Shown: positions 49,291 through 60,910, numbered from the whole stretch's first letter. The stretch is DNA of 63,167 bases, filler included, from Globobulimina sp. (GCA_003354225.1; 47 parts of 47 records of this genome joined end to end with filler, not necessarily neighbours in it), one strand, 5' to 3'. Notes: generated by a model not told the origin, from the sequence alone. A program made the numbers and translations.

Positions 49291-49817
49291 TTTTTATGTC
49301 AAATACTCAGTCGAATTATGATAAAAATACACTAATTAGCAGCTGATATTGGCGGATTTGCATAACTATGAGCCTTTTTTGCATAACTATGAGCCTTTGT
49401 AATTTTATCAGTTTAATGATGAAAAGCAACAAAAAGCGTTGACTCAAGGCTTTGACTTAAGTGAGAGTTCAATGAGTTCATTACACACAAAGTACAGTTT
49501 AAATAGCGGGCAGTCAATTGTAATCTTTATGATATACACACATGGACATTGTTTTGAAATTTGTCATTATAAAGTGATAATCGCGAAATTTGAAATGGCC
49601 ATAACTTCTGGAATATTGATGCTACGCTAATTCTTTCTGGTGCAAAATGTTTATAATTGAGTTTTACATAATTCTACATAAACAAAATTTTTCCAAACCA
49701 CCTAAAAAAATTTGACANNNNNNNNNNNNNNNNNNNNNNNNNNNNNNNNNNNNNNNNNNNNTTAATTAATTAANNNNNNNNNNNNNNNNNNNNNNNNNNN
49801 NNNNNNNNNNNNNNNNN

Positions 49818-50959
49818 TTTTCATCCGAAAAATTTGAAATCCAGCTGCAATCAAAATAATTTTGTAATGTGGCTAGTTTCTCATTATTTATTAGTTGCAT
49901 AATGATACCATCGCGTTGAGCAAACTTAATTGCAATTTCAATATCTTTTGTGGTGGAACATGGCCCACTTAAAAATATTGCAAATGAGGAAATATTTAAA
50001 ACCAATGATAAACCGCAATAAAATGATGTTGGCGGCTCTCCGCCTGGCCACTCTGAGCGCCATTTATCTCCATCCCATTTACCTTCACCATTAATCCCAA
50101 AATCAGTCACCGCTTCACTTAATCCTTTGGATAGATGATAAAATTTACAATTTCTTTTTTTTAATATTTGTATTGATTCAAATTCATTTTTTTTCCTAAA
50201 TGTGCCACTAAAATCACTTTGTAAATCACTACAATCACAATAAATTATTACACATTGCAAATGATACTCACTTATTAAATCTCCTCTCTTTATTCCATGA
50301 TTATTATAATTATATAGATTCGCTTTAATATTTTTAACCTTTTGACTTTGATAACATTGTTTTGCTTTAAATGCAATGTTTTCCTTCCATTGTTTAATAG
50401 ATACAAAATCAGAGTGTAAAATCTCTTCTTTTAATGATACAAAATATTGACTGACATATAAATCTTTGATGGAATATCCATTATTACGATGATATTGATT
50501 CCAGTCATCTTCTTTTTCGATTTGTTCGTCTGTTAATTTTTTAAAATAATCCCAATAATAAAATACCAAACCAGTTGAGAATGATTTTTGTGATAACTGA
50601 ATGGTTCGAATATAATTTTTAATTAAAAAAATAGGCTGAACATTTTGAATATTTTTATAAATATTTGATTCTGATTTTTTTGTAATATGAAAAGCATTCA
50701 AATCATATTTAACTGCATCTGAATCATATTAATTGTCAAATAGATATTGTTTCAATGATTGTATACACGTTTCTGATGATACTAATCCATATATTCCACC
50801 TAAAAATGTATTATTATCATTTATCAGCAAATCTCTCTCTGTGTACGTATTATTTATTATTGTTGCTTTTTTATATTTATCCTGCACTGAGCTGTACAAA
50901 AATACCTGTGTTATAATTACGTTTCGTATTAACAGATAGATTATATTTATTATTTTCAT
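49818..50959 (-). CDS. ADP-ribosyltransferase-like (R-S-E clade-like) expanded-family protein, partial
   Basis: IIYCD helix, FYCG (YRG-like), GPCSTT (STS-like), A.KFA...G, D.SWISNF.DE; ORF cut at the expected E-x-E. Confidence 0.65.
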
Positions 50960-51162
50960 TTTGAAATCTTTTTAAACCAAATTTATATTTTTTTTGTTTA
51001 TTTTTAATTAAATCTCTTTTTGTTGCAAATATTTTATCAATGCATAAAAAATTATTATTGTTNNNNNNNNNNNNNNNNNNNNNNNNNNNNNNNNNNNNNN
51101 NNNNNNTTAATTAATTAANNNNNNNNNNNNNNNNNNNNNNNNNNNNNNNNNNNNNNNNNNNN

Positions 51163-51680
51163 TTCGCAAAACTTCTGGCCTTCGGCCAAAATTCACTCAT
51201 ACTGTAGGAAATTATGCTTTCAGATTAGCGATTTCGCAAAACTTCTGGCCTTCGGCCAAAATTCACTCATACTGTAGGAAATTATGCTTTCAGATTAGCG
51301 ATTTCGCAAAACTTCTGGCCTTCGGCCAGAATTCACTCCTATTGTAGTAAATTGTGTTTTCAAATTACCGACTTTTGCAAAACTTCTGGCCTTCGGCCAG
51401 AATTCCCTCTCACCATGACAAATTTTGCTTTCAGAACGCAAAAAAATATGTTCTTGCTGTCCACAAAATCGCCCACGAATCCTTTCTGAATAAAGAATTT
51501 TGAATCTGGGGATATCTGGGAGTCTGGGGAGATTTTTGGAACATAAATTTTCTCTTCTTCTCTTCTCTAGATAAATCTTCTCAAAATTTCTGGCCTTCGG
51601 TCAGCTTCCTCTCTACTGCAGTAAATTTCACTCTCGGAATGTTGATTTTCTCAAAATTTCTGGCCTTCGGCCAGATTTAT
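51163..51680. repeat. About 70-bp tandem array with hairpin core TTCTGGCC-TTC-GGCCAGAA (4+2 copies)
   Basis: Units at 51163, 51233, 51303 and about 51374, then about 51580 and 51650. Confidence 0.9.
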
Positions 51681-52207
51681 TTTAGTCCAATACTTTTTGA
51701 TGAAACTTATTTAGTCATGGAATTTCTGATTTTGTCAGGGACAAGTCAGGGAAAATGAGATTGCCTGACCAGTATGAACCCTGCATTTCAATAAAGCGAA
51801 AGTTTTAGTAGTAAGGGAATGTATTCCTATAACGTGAAAGTTCTATCTAGTTTTATAGTATGGTACACTGTATTTCTATAGCGAAAGTTAACCATATCTT
51901 TTGAAATATCCTGGAGCTGGACTGACACATTTAATTAAAGAATTCTGTAATTTTAGGCTGAAAGTTGTCCTACTGTTGGGCGCGCTTTCCATCACATCTT
52001 GCCCTCAAGTTGCATTGTCTTGAAAATGAAATGATGATCAAGTTTAATTGAAGTTTTATTAATGAAACTATGATTGAATTTTTAAATAATGGTTAGATTA
52101 CGATTGTTATGTAACACAAATCTTGTATTTACAATAAAATTCATACTATTTTAAAGTAAACTATGTAAAATGCGATTTTTTAGTTGTGTGACAAATTTTT
52201 TGAAAAA

Positions 52208-52342
52208 TACCCATACCCAATACCCATACCCGGTATTTTTGGCAATACCTACCCATACCCGATACCCGATTGGGTAAAAAAATAAATACCTACCCATACC
52301 CAATACCCGATTCGATTTCTTAGTACCCGGACAACAGTACTA
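52208..52342. repeat. ATACCC subterminal-type repeat cluster, probable end of a non-autonomous DNA transposon
   Basis: More than 10 (A)TACCC motifs, ending ...GGACAACAGTA, whose reverse complement resembles hAT-type TAGTGTTG termini. Confidence 0.55.
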
Positions 52343-52507
52343 GTAAGGTAGTGTATTTCTAAAAAGCCCACATTTGTACCTTTTATGATCATTTGCTTCT
52401 GAAACGANNNNNNNNNNNNNNNNNNNNNNNNNNNNNNNNNNNNNNNNNNNNTTAATTAATTAANNNNNNNNNNNNNNNNNNNNNNNNNNNNNNNNNNNNN
52501 NNNNNNN

Positions 52508-53311
52508 TAATCCCATCCTCCTGCTATCAGAACATAGCGTTGGTTGCAACTATAATTAATTCATACAATTACAATATGATAACATGTAACTACACTTTTA
52601 ATTAAATACTTTCTGATAGCTTCATATTATCATATTATACCTCAATGCAACAGCGGTTTGCATCATTGTCAATGAAATGTTTGGCAGTGTTGTCCATTTA
52701 TTAGTTATCAACGGATATCGGTAAACATCATCAACCGCAGTGCCACAAATATGTCCAACAAACTGTAAAATTGTTTTTATGGATGGAACATAAACTGATG
52801 ATGCGAGGTTATGATAATTGCTCCGATTAATTGTTTCATCATTAAATGAGCCATGGTCCCATCTAAGATGAGTTGAATTAGATATCCCTCCAATTAAATG
52901 AATGCAATTATTGACATTTTGTAATGAACAATATCTTGAATACTGACCTTCTAATTTGAATATTTCAAAATGCTTTGATTTTACATCGATAATCACAAAT
53001 TGATATTTAATAAAGCTTTTTTCTGCAGTACCGAATAAATATAATTTATTATTGATTTTGTTAAATGAAACTCTGTGACAACAGATATGAAAGTTTTGTG
53101 GATATTTTATGAATTTTGTCCATTCATTTAAGTTTAGATCGTATTTATAAATCCCCCAAACCGCGTATTCATCCGTACTGGTGTCTGGAACAAATAATAA
53201 GTCACAGCTGCCAATACAAGTAAAGTCACCTTCACAGGATACTGGCGGATTTGGCAAAGAGAACCACTTCACAGGCAGATGATTATCAGAATTTGAACTA
53301 AAAGCTGGCAT
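52508..53311 (-). CDS. Kelch/beta-propeller protein (partial)
   Basis: YKYD....EW, LYLFG, IHLIGG, Y.Y..ITNKW repeats. Confidence 0.8.
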
Positions 53312-53467
53312 GTTCGGAAAATATTAACTTTTGATTTAATGATGACTAATTTGACTAACTTGACTGAAATAGTTGTTCATTGTTTGTTTCATTATGAAGG
53401 GAAACTAGCACAAAATAATTATTAATTAAGTGGCAACAAAAAAAGCGATTTATAATTGTATTAAACA

Positions 53468-53752
53468 CTAATGATCCTTTTGAATCTCCATAAAATACAA
53501 TAAACAGAATCGATTTGTGTCCAATGGGATTTTGACTGAATGCCAGGTTGGTTGTATCACATTCTTCCATGTAAACAATTCCATTTTCCTGCCCGCATGA
53601 CAGAAAACGTGTTTATTTGAATCGAATATCGGCTCAGGTTTGAAATATGTATTCGTTTTTCGATCCAACATTTGTAAACCAGCCACATCACTGCACGACA
53701 CCATGGTTATTACGCCAGTGTCGACATGAACATCCAATGGAACTTCAACCGT
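53468..53752 (-). CDS. IPNS/DIOX-like 2OG-Fe(II) oxygenase C-terminus
   Basis: HVDTG.IT, GLQ, G..ME..T, T.H.V and R..L.YF (HxD...H triad). Confidence 0.8.
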   Translation of the reverse strand, partial: TVEVPLDVHVDTGVITMVSCSDVAGLQMLDRKTNTYFKPEPIFDSNKHVFCHAGRKMELFTWKNVIQPTWHSVKIPLDTNRFCLLYFMEIQKDH

Positions 53753-53919
53753 NNNNNNNNNNNNNNNNNNNNNNNNNNNNNNNNNNNNNNNNNNNNTTAA
53801 TTAATTAANNNNNNNNNNNNNNNNNNNNNNNNNNNNNNNNNNNNNNNNNNNNAAAACTAACTGCGTATATAACAAATACACAGACAAAGAAAAAAGGTAC
53901 GCTATTTTATGAATTATAT

Positions 53920-54846
53920 TTATTGATAAGCCGTTTCCGACGTAGATTGTTGTAAAAATTTATCAGCCGAAGCACCTCTCCGCTGTTTAGATTTCATAGC
54001 ATTTATTTTATAATCATAGTCATCCGACACATTCAGATTCGATGCATCCTCCTTTTTTGCCAACTCATCCACCATTAACATCAATCGATTCTGTTTTACC
54101 AAATTCTCAAACTCCTCGAAATCCTCCAATGTTTTAGAAATATAACTACACGGTTTTTGGTTCAAATATAACAATACAAATTCCGTAAACTTATTTTCTT
54201 TTTCATCGCGATCGTCATCGCCACCAAACATTTCCCGAATCGACTTCTTTTTCTTTAACAAATTCCTTTTACTTTTCGCCTTTAATTGAATATCAACCGT
54301 ACGAATATCTAAAATATCTTTGACTCGCCAATTGTGATTGGTTACGATGATAATATCTGTAAAACAAAAAAATTGTCGTTGATGGTTATGCGATTTCTTT
54401 ATAAACACAAATTGTTTTTGATATTCCCTTCCAATTTTAACTATGGACTCCGTCAAATCCGACAATGCTTCTTGAATCTGTAAACATTGCGACATATTTT
54501 CGATTTTCCGCTTTCGTTCATTTATTTCATTTGCAATCTCCTGAACCAAATCCAGCGCACATTCGATGTCTTTATAATCCGCATCCGAGGCTAATGTATG
54601 TTTTTTCAGGTCGGATAATAATAAAATATATCTAGGCACTCTCTGCACGGGCAATATTAAGAAATTTGTCAATGGTTTGCGTTCTCTTCGCTTCTCCTTC
54701 AAAAATGTTTGCAATTTCGCGTTTTTATGAAACGTGTTTCCAAATAAATCGCAAATGCTATCATAATCACGGATGTATTGCAAATATAAAGCCACAAATT
54801 CTTCCTTATTTTGCGCCGCAAAGACCTGCGATATGGACGCATTTGT
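53920..54846 (-). CDS. RhoGEF DH-PH protein C-terminal part
   Basis: Y..YIRDY, FLILPVQRVPRYILLL.DL.KHT, INE, then PH (FFCFTDIII). Confidence 0.93.
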   Translation of the reverse strand, partial: TNASISQVFAAQNKEEFVALYLQYIRDYDSICDLFGNTFHKNAKLQTFLKEKRRERKPLTNFLILPVQRVPRYILLLSDLKKHTLASDADYKDIECALDLVQEIANEINERKRKIENMSQCLQIQEALSDLTESIVKIGREYQKQFVFIKKSHNHQRQFFCFTDIIIVTNHNWRVKDILDIRTVDIQLKAKSKRNLLKKKKSIREMFGGDDDRDEKENKFTEFVLLYLNQKPCSYISKTLEDFEEFENLVKQNRLMLMVDELAKKEDASNLNVSDDYDYKINAMKSKQRRGASADKFLQQSTSETAYQ

Positions 54847-55097
54847 ATCACTTTTATTAGCCATGATCCAAGCGCCCCAGGCATTGCCAAGGGAAAACAA
54901 TACATCAAGATCATCTTTTTCAAGGGTTAACAAGGCTTTTTCAAAATCTTCAAATAGCATGGATTGCAGATGACAGGCCTTCTCTTGTGACAGGCAAACC
55001 GCTTTTTTTGCATACCCAAAAGCCTTGGCCGACATTTTTTTTGCTCTCCTCGGGTCATCAACAAAGACATCTGCGTACGCTGAGTAGAGCATGGAGA
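54847..55097 (-). CDS. Bacterial TRAP-T (TatT) component fragment joined in frame to the RhoGEF
   Basis: LYSAYA.VFV.D..RAK.....A..YA..A.C...F...L......D...LF..G.AW..WI resembles TatT lipoproteins. Confidence 0.7.
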
Positions 55098-55197
55098 NNN
55101 NNNNNNNNNNNNNNNNNNNNNNNNNNNNNNNNNNNNNNNNNTTAATTAATTAANNNNNNNNNNNNNNNNNNNNNNNNNNNNNNNNNNNNNNNNNNNN

Positions 55198-56183
55198 GCA
55201 ACCAATCAAAAATAAAAGATACACAAGATATTATTACCAAAATAAAGAATAAAATTCAAATGGAATCAAAAAAGAAAAAGAAAATTTTGCGAATTGCATC
55301 ATTATCAACGTGTTTTTTGGAAACATCAAACTCGAAAAAATCGTCAAGGCCACAAACAAGTGGTTTGATGAAAGCAAATCTAAAAATTGCAGATGCAAAT
55401 CGACCAAATAGTGCATTGGCAGAGATTGCATTAAAAACCAAAATAATAACCCCGCGATCTCCAAACAAGGCAAAAAATGTCAATATATTTAAAGTGATGC
55501 ATAATATCACGAAATTTAAAAGAAATCTAAAAGATAAATTATCAGATAATCAACACGCAAAATTATTGAGTAAAATGCCAATTAGGAAACGAAAATCATT
55601 CAACAAAAACAAGAAAAATAAGAAAACAAAAATGTGGACAATGAAAAAATTAAGAAAACAGTTATTCGCTATAAAAGGGAAAATGCCATATTTACAAAAA
55701 TATAAAAAATCTCAAATTATTGATTATAAAAATAAAAAATGTTTCAATTATGATAACATAGAAAATGTGAGACAATATATTGAAGGCAATAAAAAATTAA
55801 GTAACAAAGATTTAAATGTTTTAAGTAAAAATGAGATTAAACAATTAACCCAAATATTTGATAAAATTGATGCAAATAATAATAGTTTGATATACTTAAC
55901 AGAGTTATCAGCATATTATCAACTTTTAACAATGTCCAGCGGCTTTAACGCATCCCACGCCATGGATGACTGTAAAATATTATTTGAACTCATGAAACTA
56001 TCGCCTGATAAGGATGGAATATCATTAAATATTTGGTTGAATGTTTGGAATTTAATTAAATTAAATTTCGGTAAAAAACTCATTAAAGGTATGATTTCTG
56101 AATATAAGGCATTCAAACAACACATATGCATTCAGACTGATCATGGCATTGACAAGAAATTGTGTATGTTATTTGATGTTTAA
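55198..56183 (+). CDS. K-rich protein with C-terminal EF-hand(s), partial
   Basis: IFDKIDANNNSLIYLTEL and DKDGISLNIW. Confidence 0.65.
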
Positions 56184-56542
56184 ATTATAAGATATGATAG
56201 AATTAAAATCATGTTATGGGCGAGACATTTATGGAAATATATTGTAATTATAAATATTCATTTAATTAAATGATTGGTTGATATTTAATGTAGGTTTTGA
56301 TTACCTTTAAGTGTAATGCAGTTACACAACAGCAGATTAATTTGAGTCCATTTTATGCTCAAATAAAGATACGTTGTATACATTTCACTCAGTTATACGT
56401 TTTTTGTACAGGAGCAAACCAACATATTTTGTATATACAATTNNNNNNNNNNNNNNNNNNNNNNNNNNNNNNNNNNNNNNNNNNNNTTAATTAATTAANN
56501 NNNNNNNNNNNNNNNNNNNNNNNNNNNNNNNNNNNNNNNNNN

Positions 56543-57306
56543 TTTTTTTTTTATTTTTTTTATTTTCTTTTCCTTTTTTAACATTTTTGCCAGATTTTGA
56601 TCGTTTGTTTGGATCAAAGGCTCGCGGACCGCTGGCTTTCTTACCAAACGATTTCTTACCAAATGATACTCCTAAAACAAAATTAAACAAAAACATTTGA
56701 TTTTATTTAGATGCATATCTTTAAACCTGATGGTGCATCATCTTCGTCTTCGTCTTCGTCATCGTCATCATTATTTTTCTTGTCCTTATCCTTATCCTTT
56801 TCATTATATTTATATTTCTCATGTTGCTGTCCTTGAAGAGTTTCATGCCATTTTTTTGGTCTTTTGTCCGATTTGTAACGCGTTTTATAGTATTTCTGGA
56901 TTCTCTTAAATTGAAAATAAAATTGCGAATAATTTTGCTGGCTTAAATTGCAAATTCCGCCTTTCAAGGATTGATTAAACATTTTAATAAATTCATTTTT
57001 AAGCGTTTGTAATAAATCATCCACATACAATAATTTCTGAAATGAAAAATAAACCGCAACAAATACTAAATCGAAATTATTTGCAAATGTCCATTTAAGA
57101 GTCAATGAATCATAAATCATTGAATCTGATGCGCTTTTATCCGATAATAATATTGATTGAATTAATTTATTTATGGCATTGTATGATGACATATCATTCA
57201 TATCATCATCATCTTCTTCATCCGATCCATCTGATACATCTGATCCTGATCCTGATCTCCATAATACAGCACCACCACGATGAAATACAGCTACTTTAGA
57301 GATCAT
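56543..57306 (-). CDS. SRPRA: Signal recognition particle receptor alpha, SRX domain (partial, one intron)
   Basis: MI...VF..GG.VLW, IN.LI..ILL, LKW.F.N.FDLVFVAVY, L.YVD.LL. Confidence 0.88.
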
Positions 57307-57605
57307 TTTGTTGTTTTGTTAAATTAAATAGTTTTCAGTTGAAAAGTATTATTACTACCCAAACTCCAGGAATTAACGGCTCAAAGAGCTACCTAGTTCG
57401 TGTTATATAACACATTTTTGGGTAAACAGTCGTGCCTAAAAAGCAATCCTCAGCTCTACTGTGTTTAGATACAAAAGCAGTGGCCAAACAGTAATATACT
57501 TGGTGTCCAGTAATATACTCTTTTCGTAAAATTTTGCAGCTCTTTCTTCATGCTCGGTATACAACAAAAAAATCACGATTGGTGTATGTGTACTGAGTTT
57601 ATGGA

Positions 57606-57746
57606 CGTTGCCATATGACGAGAAATTAGAAATACATCTGTCTAAATTAGTAGAGCGTCTGTCTATGTACCAATTGTGCTGTAAATAGCATTAATTTGCA
57701 AACACAATATGGACAAATAGAAACAATATACGGTCATATGACAACG
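57606..57746. repeat. 141-bp segment bounded by 14-bp inverted repeats (MITE-like)
   Basis: CGTTGCCATATGAC ... GTCATATGACAACG, one mismatch. Confidence 0.5.
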
Positions 57747-58131
57747 CTATACTGTCAGATAGAAACAATATAGGGTCAAATGGAAACNNNNNNNNNNNNN
57801 NNNNNNNNNNNNNNNNNNNNNNNNNNNNNNNTTAATTAATTAANNNNNNNNNNNNNNNNNNNNNNNNNNNNNNNNNNNNNNNNNNNNGTGCCATTGAAAG
57901 AGACTAGTGAACTCAAGGTAAGTTTTATTACTACATTTAAATGCACAGAGCATGGCACGAAGACGAACAGATAATGAAGGATGGAAGATAGAAATCTGTG
58001 CATTTGATGCTCTTTGATAAGATTCTATCATCGGATGCGATTGAATTTGAAGATTTGATGACGAAACTATCATGGAAACGATTCGCAATTCGAAGACTCT
58101 GAATTAAAATTACCGCAGTTTCACTCTTAAT

Positions 58132-58716
58132 GAGTGAGCTATTGGAGACGTGAATAAATATGAGGACGGCATATTTATGAGTGGACTGATTAAAATATGG
58201 TTTCTTGGACGCAAAGAAGGCGCCTATCATTTTTTTATTGCAGTTTGGGCAAGTTTGGGGATGGAAATCATATGTGGATTCTAAAACAGAGTGTTTACAA
58301 TTAAATCTCTGTCTAAATAGTGATAATAGCAGAATCCGCATATCGTTACCAGTGGGTTCATGGGTCGTTTTCGTATGGAAATATTGGAGATGCAAACATG
58401 AGATAGGTATCAAACAATCAGAATTTATCTCGTGTTTGCATTTCTCAAATAAAATTCAATGAAATTTTAAAAAGTGATTATGTTTGGACCGTTTGGTTTA
58501 TATCTCAGTGATGGCGGCACCGAGCAATGGTTTTTGGACTGATTATTGGACGAGTGAGCTATTGGAGACGTCAATAAACAGGAGGAGGGCATATTTATGA
58601 GTGGACTGATTAAAATATGGTTTCTTGGACGCAACAGAATGCGCCTATCATTTTTTATTGTAGTTTGGGCAAGTTGGGTGATGGAAATCATATGCGGATT
58701 CCATGCTAAAACAGAG
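58132..58716 (+). repeat. Diverged duplication of about 160 bp (58132 and 58552) in decayed coding-like DNA
   Basis: GAGTGAGCTATTGGAGACGT...GGAAATCATAT..GGATTC occurs twice, 420 bp apart. Confidence 0.85.
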
Positions 58717-58735
58717 GCCATTCAAACAAAAAAAA

Positions 58736-58872
58736 AACATAACAACATCACATGGTCACACAACTCGGAGCCAATGGTAAATATGCATAAAATGTGCATT
58801 GCCAGTGCAGATCTGCACTAATCATGCACATGCATTTTACCCATATTTACCATTGGACAGAGTTGTTATGTT
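58736..58872. mobile_element. Near-palindromic foldback/MITE-like element
   Basis: AACATAACAAC/GTTGTTATGTT ends, CCAATGGTAAATATG/CATATTTACCATTGG arms, central palindrome AGTGCAGATCTGCACT. Confidence 0.7.
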
Positions 58873-59232
58873 GTTAGACTCATCCTGGCTTAAATAAGAT
58901 ATTTGAAATTATATTTTCTGGAAACGTTACACGATTGGATGGCCAAACTGGTTCAACGAATCTTATGTTTTTTTTTGTTTGAAGGTCCTCAATTCCTAAA
59001 ATAATGTGCTGTCAGAACAAATTATAAAATACTGTCACTCTTCTTGGATCGAACCACAATTGCCAGCTTCGCATAAATTTTTAGAAACGTTTTCAGAGTG
59101 AAAACTCAAGTGCGAGGTTTGATTCGTAGTTANNNNNNNNNNNNNNNNNNNNNNNNNNNNNNNNNNNNNNNNNNNNTTAATTAATTAANNNNNNNNNNNN
59201 NNNNNNNNNNNNNNNNNNNNNNNNNNNNNNNN

Positions 59233-60423
59233 TAGACAGAAAAAAAGAAATCCAACTCCCTTTTTGCAGATTGCACAGAGTCACTAGCATGACATGCATT
59301 TTTCGTAGTACTGCTCGCAAACTGCGCGCGGATAGAATCCGGAGCCTCTTTTTGTGCAACTTCGAATCTCGTGGGACCCATAACTGACCGCCAAGTTTTT
59401 ATGGCATTCTCCCTCTCCAACTTCAATGCAATCACAACATCCGATGTAATAAAACCAATCAATTCATCAAAAAATGGCCGCCCTTTATGTTCCGCGTAAA
59501 ATTCCTCCGCTCTCTCCTTTGTTAACTGCACTTTCATGCGTCCCACAATCACAAATCCTTCATATTTTATACGATTTACGATTTGCATCTCTTTGCTCTG
59601 TTCGCCGTCATCATCCTTCGATTCATGGCTCGTAATATCTGGTTTCATCATCGCCAGCGTATATTCCTTGGTTTTGCGCGGCTCATTGCTGTCGGAACCA
59701 AAATAAAAATGCAATTCGCGGCTCGCAGACTCCACCGAATCACTGCCATGCGACGCATTTTTGGTCATACTGCTCCCGTACAACGCACGTATACTATTTG
59801 GTGACTGCTGTCTGGCCGTTTGGAAGTTGGTTGGACCCATCACATCGCGCCATTTTTTTATACCTTCGGCGCCGCGCAACTTTAAGGCATAAATATCACC
59901 GCTGCACATAAAGCCAACCAATTCATCAAAAAAACCTTTACCTGCATGTTCTAAAAAATATATATATGGATTTGAGACTGCTTTCGAACTGAAATGAAAT
60001 GGAAATGTTACACACCGGCATAAAAGGCCTCGGCGCGTTGTTTGGTCAATGCCAATTTCTCAAACTCTAAAATCTCGAAGTGTTCATCCACTGCGATTCG
60101 AGTAATAATATCCAACGCATTGCCAGCGATCACAGCGTCCGGTTTTAGCAACGCCAATGTTTCTTGTTGAGGGAAATAAAAATGTAATTCACGCACAGCA
60201 GACAGCACACTGTCACTGCCATGGCTCGCATTCTTTGTCATGCTGCTTCCATATAAGGCACGCAATGAATTCGGTGCTTCTTTCTGAGCAGTTTCAAAGT
60301 TTGTGGGTCCCATTAAATCCCTCCACTCGGATATTCCCTCTTTTTTCTCTAATTTCAACGCCACGGTCACGCCGCTGCACATAAATGCTACCAATTCGTC
60401 AAAAAAACCTTTACCTGCATGTT
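59233..60423 (-). CDS. Multi-domain nucleoside diphosphate kinase (at least 3 tandem NDK repeats), partial
   Basis: TLA..KPD, FYAEH.G..FF..L, WR..MGPT, S.RA.Y, N..H.SDS repeated three times; intron 59951..60015. Confidence 0.93.
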
Positions 60424-60577
60424 CTAAAAAATATATATATGGATTTGAGACTGCTTTCGAACTGAAATGAAATGGAANNNNNNNNNNNNNNNNNNNNNNN
60501 NNNNNNNNNNNNNNNNNNNNNTTAATTAATTAANNNNNNNNNNNNNNNNNNNNNNNNNNNNNNNNNNNNNNNNNNNN

Positions 60578-60799
60578 GCAACAGGATCAACAGATGTTAG
60601 AGCGGATGAAGTATTTGATTTTGCAGCAATAGTAACAAATATAGGAGGTACTTATTCTTTCCAAGCTGGAAGTACATACTATTTTAGTTTACGAAAAACA
60701 TGGACAATTGATACTGGTGCAGGCGTTTATACCTTAACTCGGATGTGTGAGCCTATTCCGGTTTTATGGCCAACACTATAAGATATTGCGACTTATTAA
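60578..60799 (+). CDS. Bacterial protein C-terminus (unknown)
   Basis: ORF from the contig edge, upstream of tsaB. Confidence 0.45.
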
Positions 60800-60910
60800 A
60801 AATCCTATCTCGCTTTACTTTACAGAACTTATATTTTTTGTGCTGTTTGTTAATTGTATGTGATTCAAAAAAAGAATAGTTTTGTCAAATATTATTTGGA
60901 GAAGATACAC

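Noticed and set aside
49358..49398. Short tandem duplication GCATAACTATGAGCCTTT (similar one at about 13530-13577)
   Set aside because: Ordinary slippage-type duplication with no further structure.
51163..51680. CRISPR array
   Set aside because: Inter-repeat segments are homologous to each other (first two identical); no cas genes or leader visible.
52208..52330. Telomeric repeat
   Set aside because: Irregular, interrupted, mixed orientation and internal to the contig.
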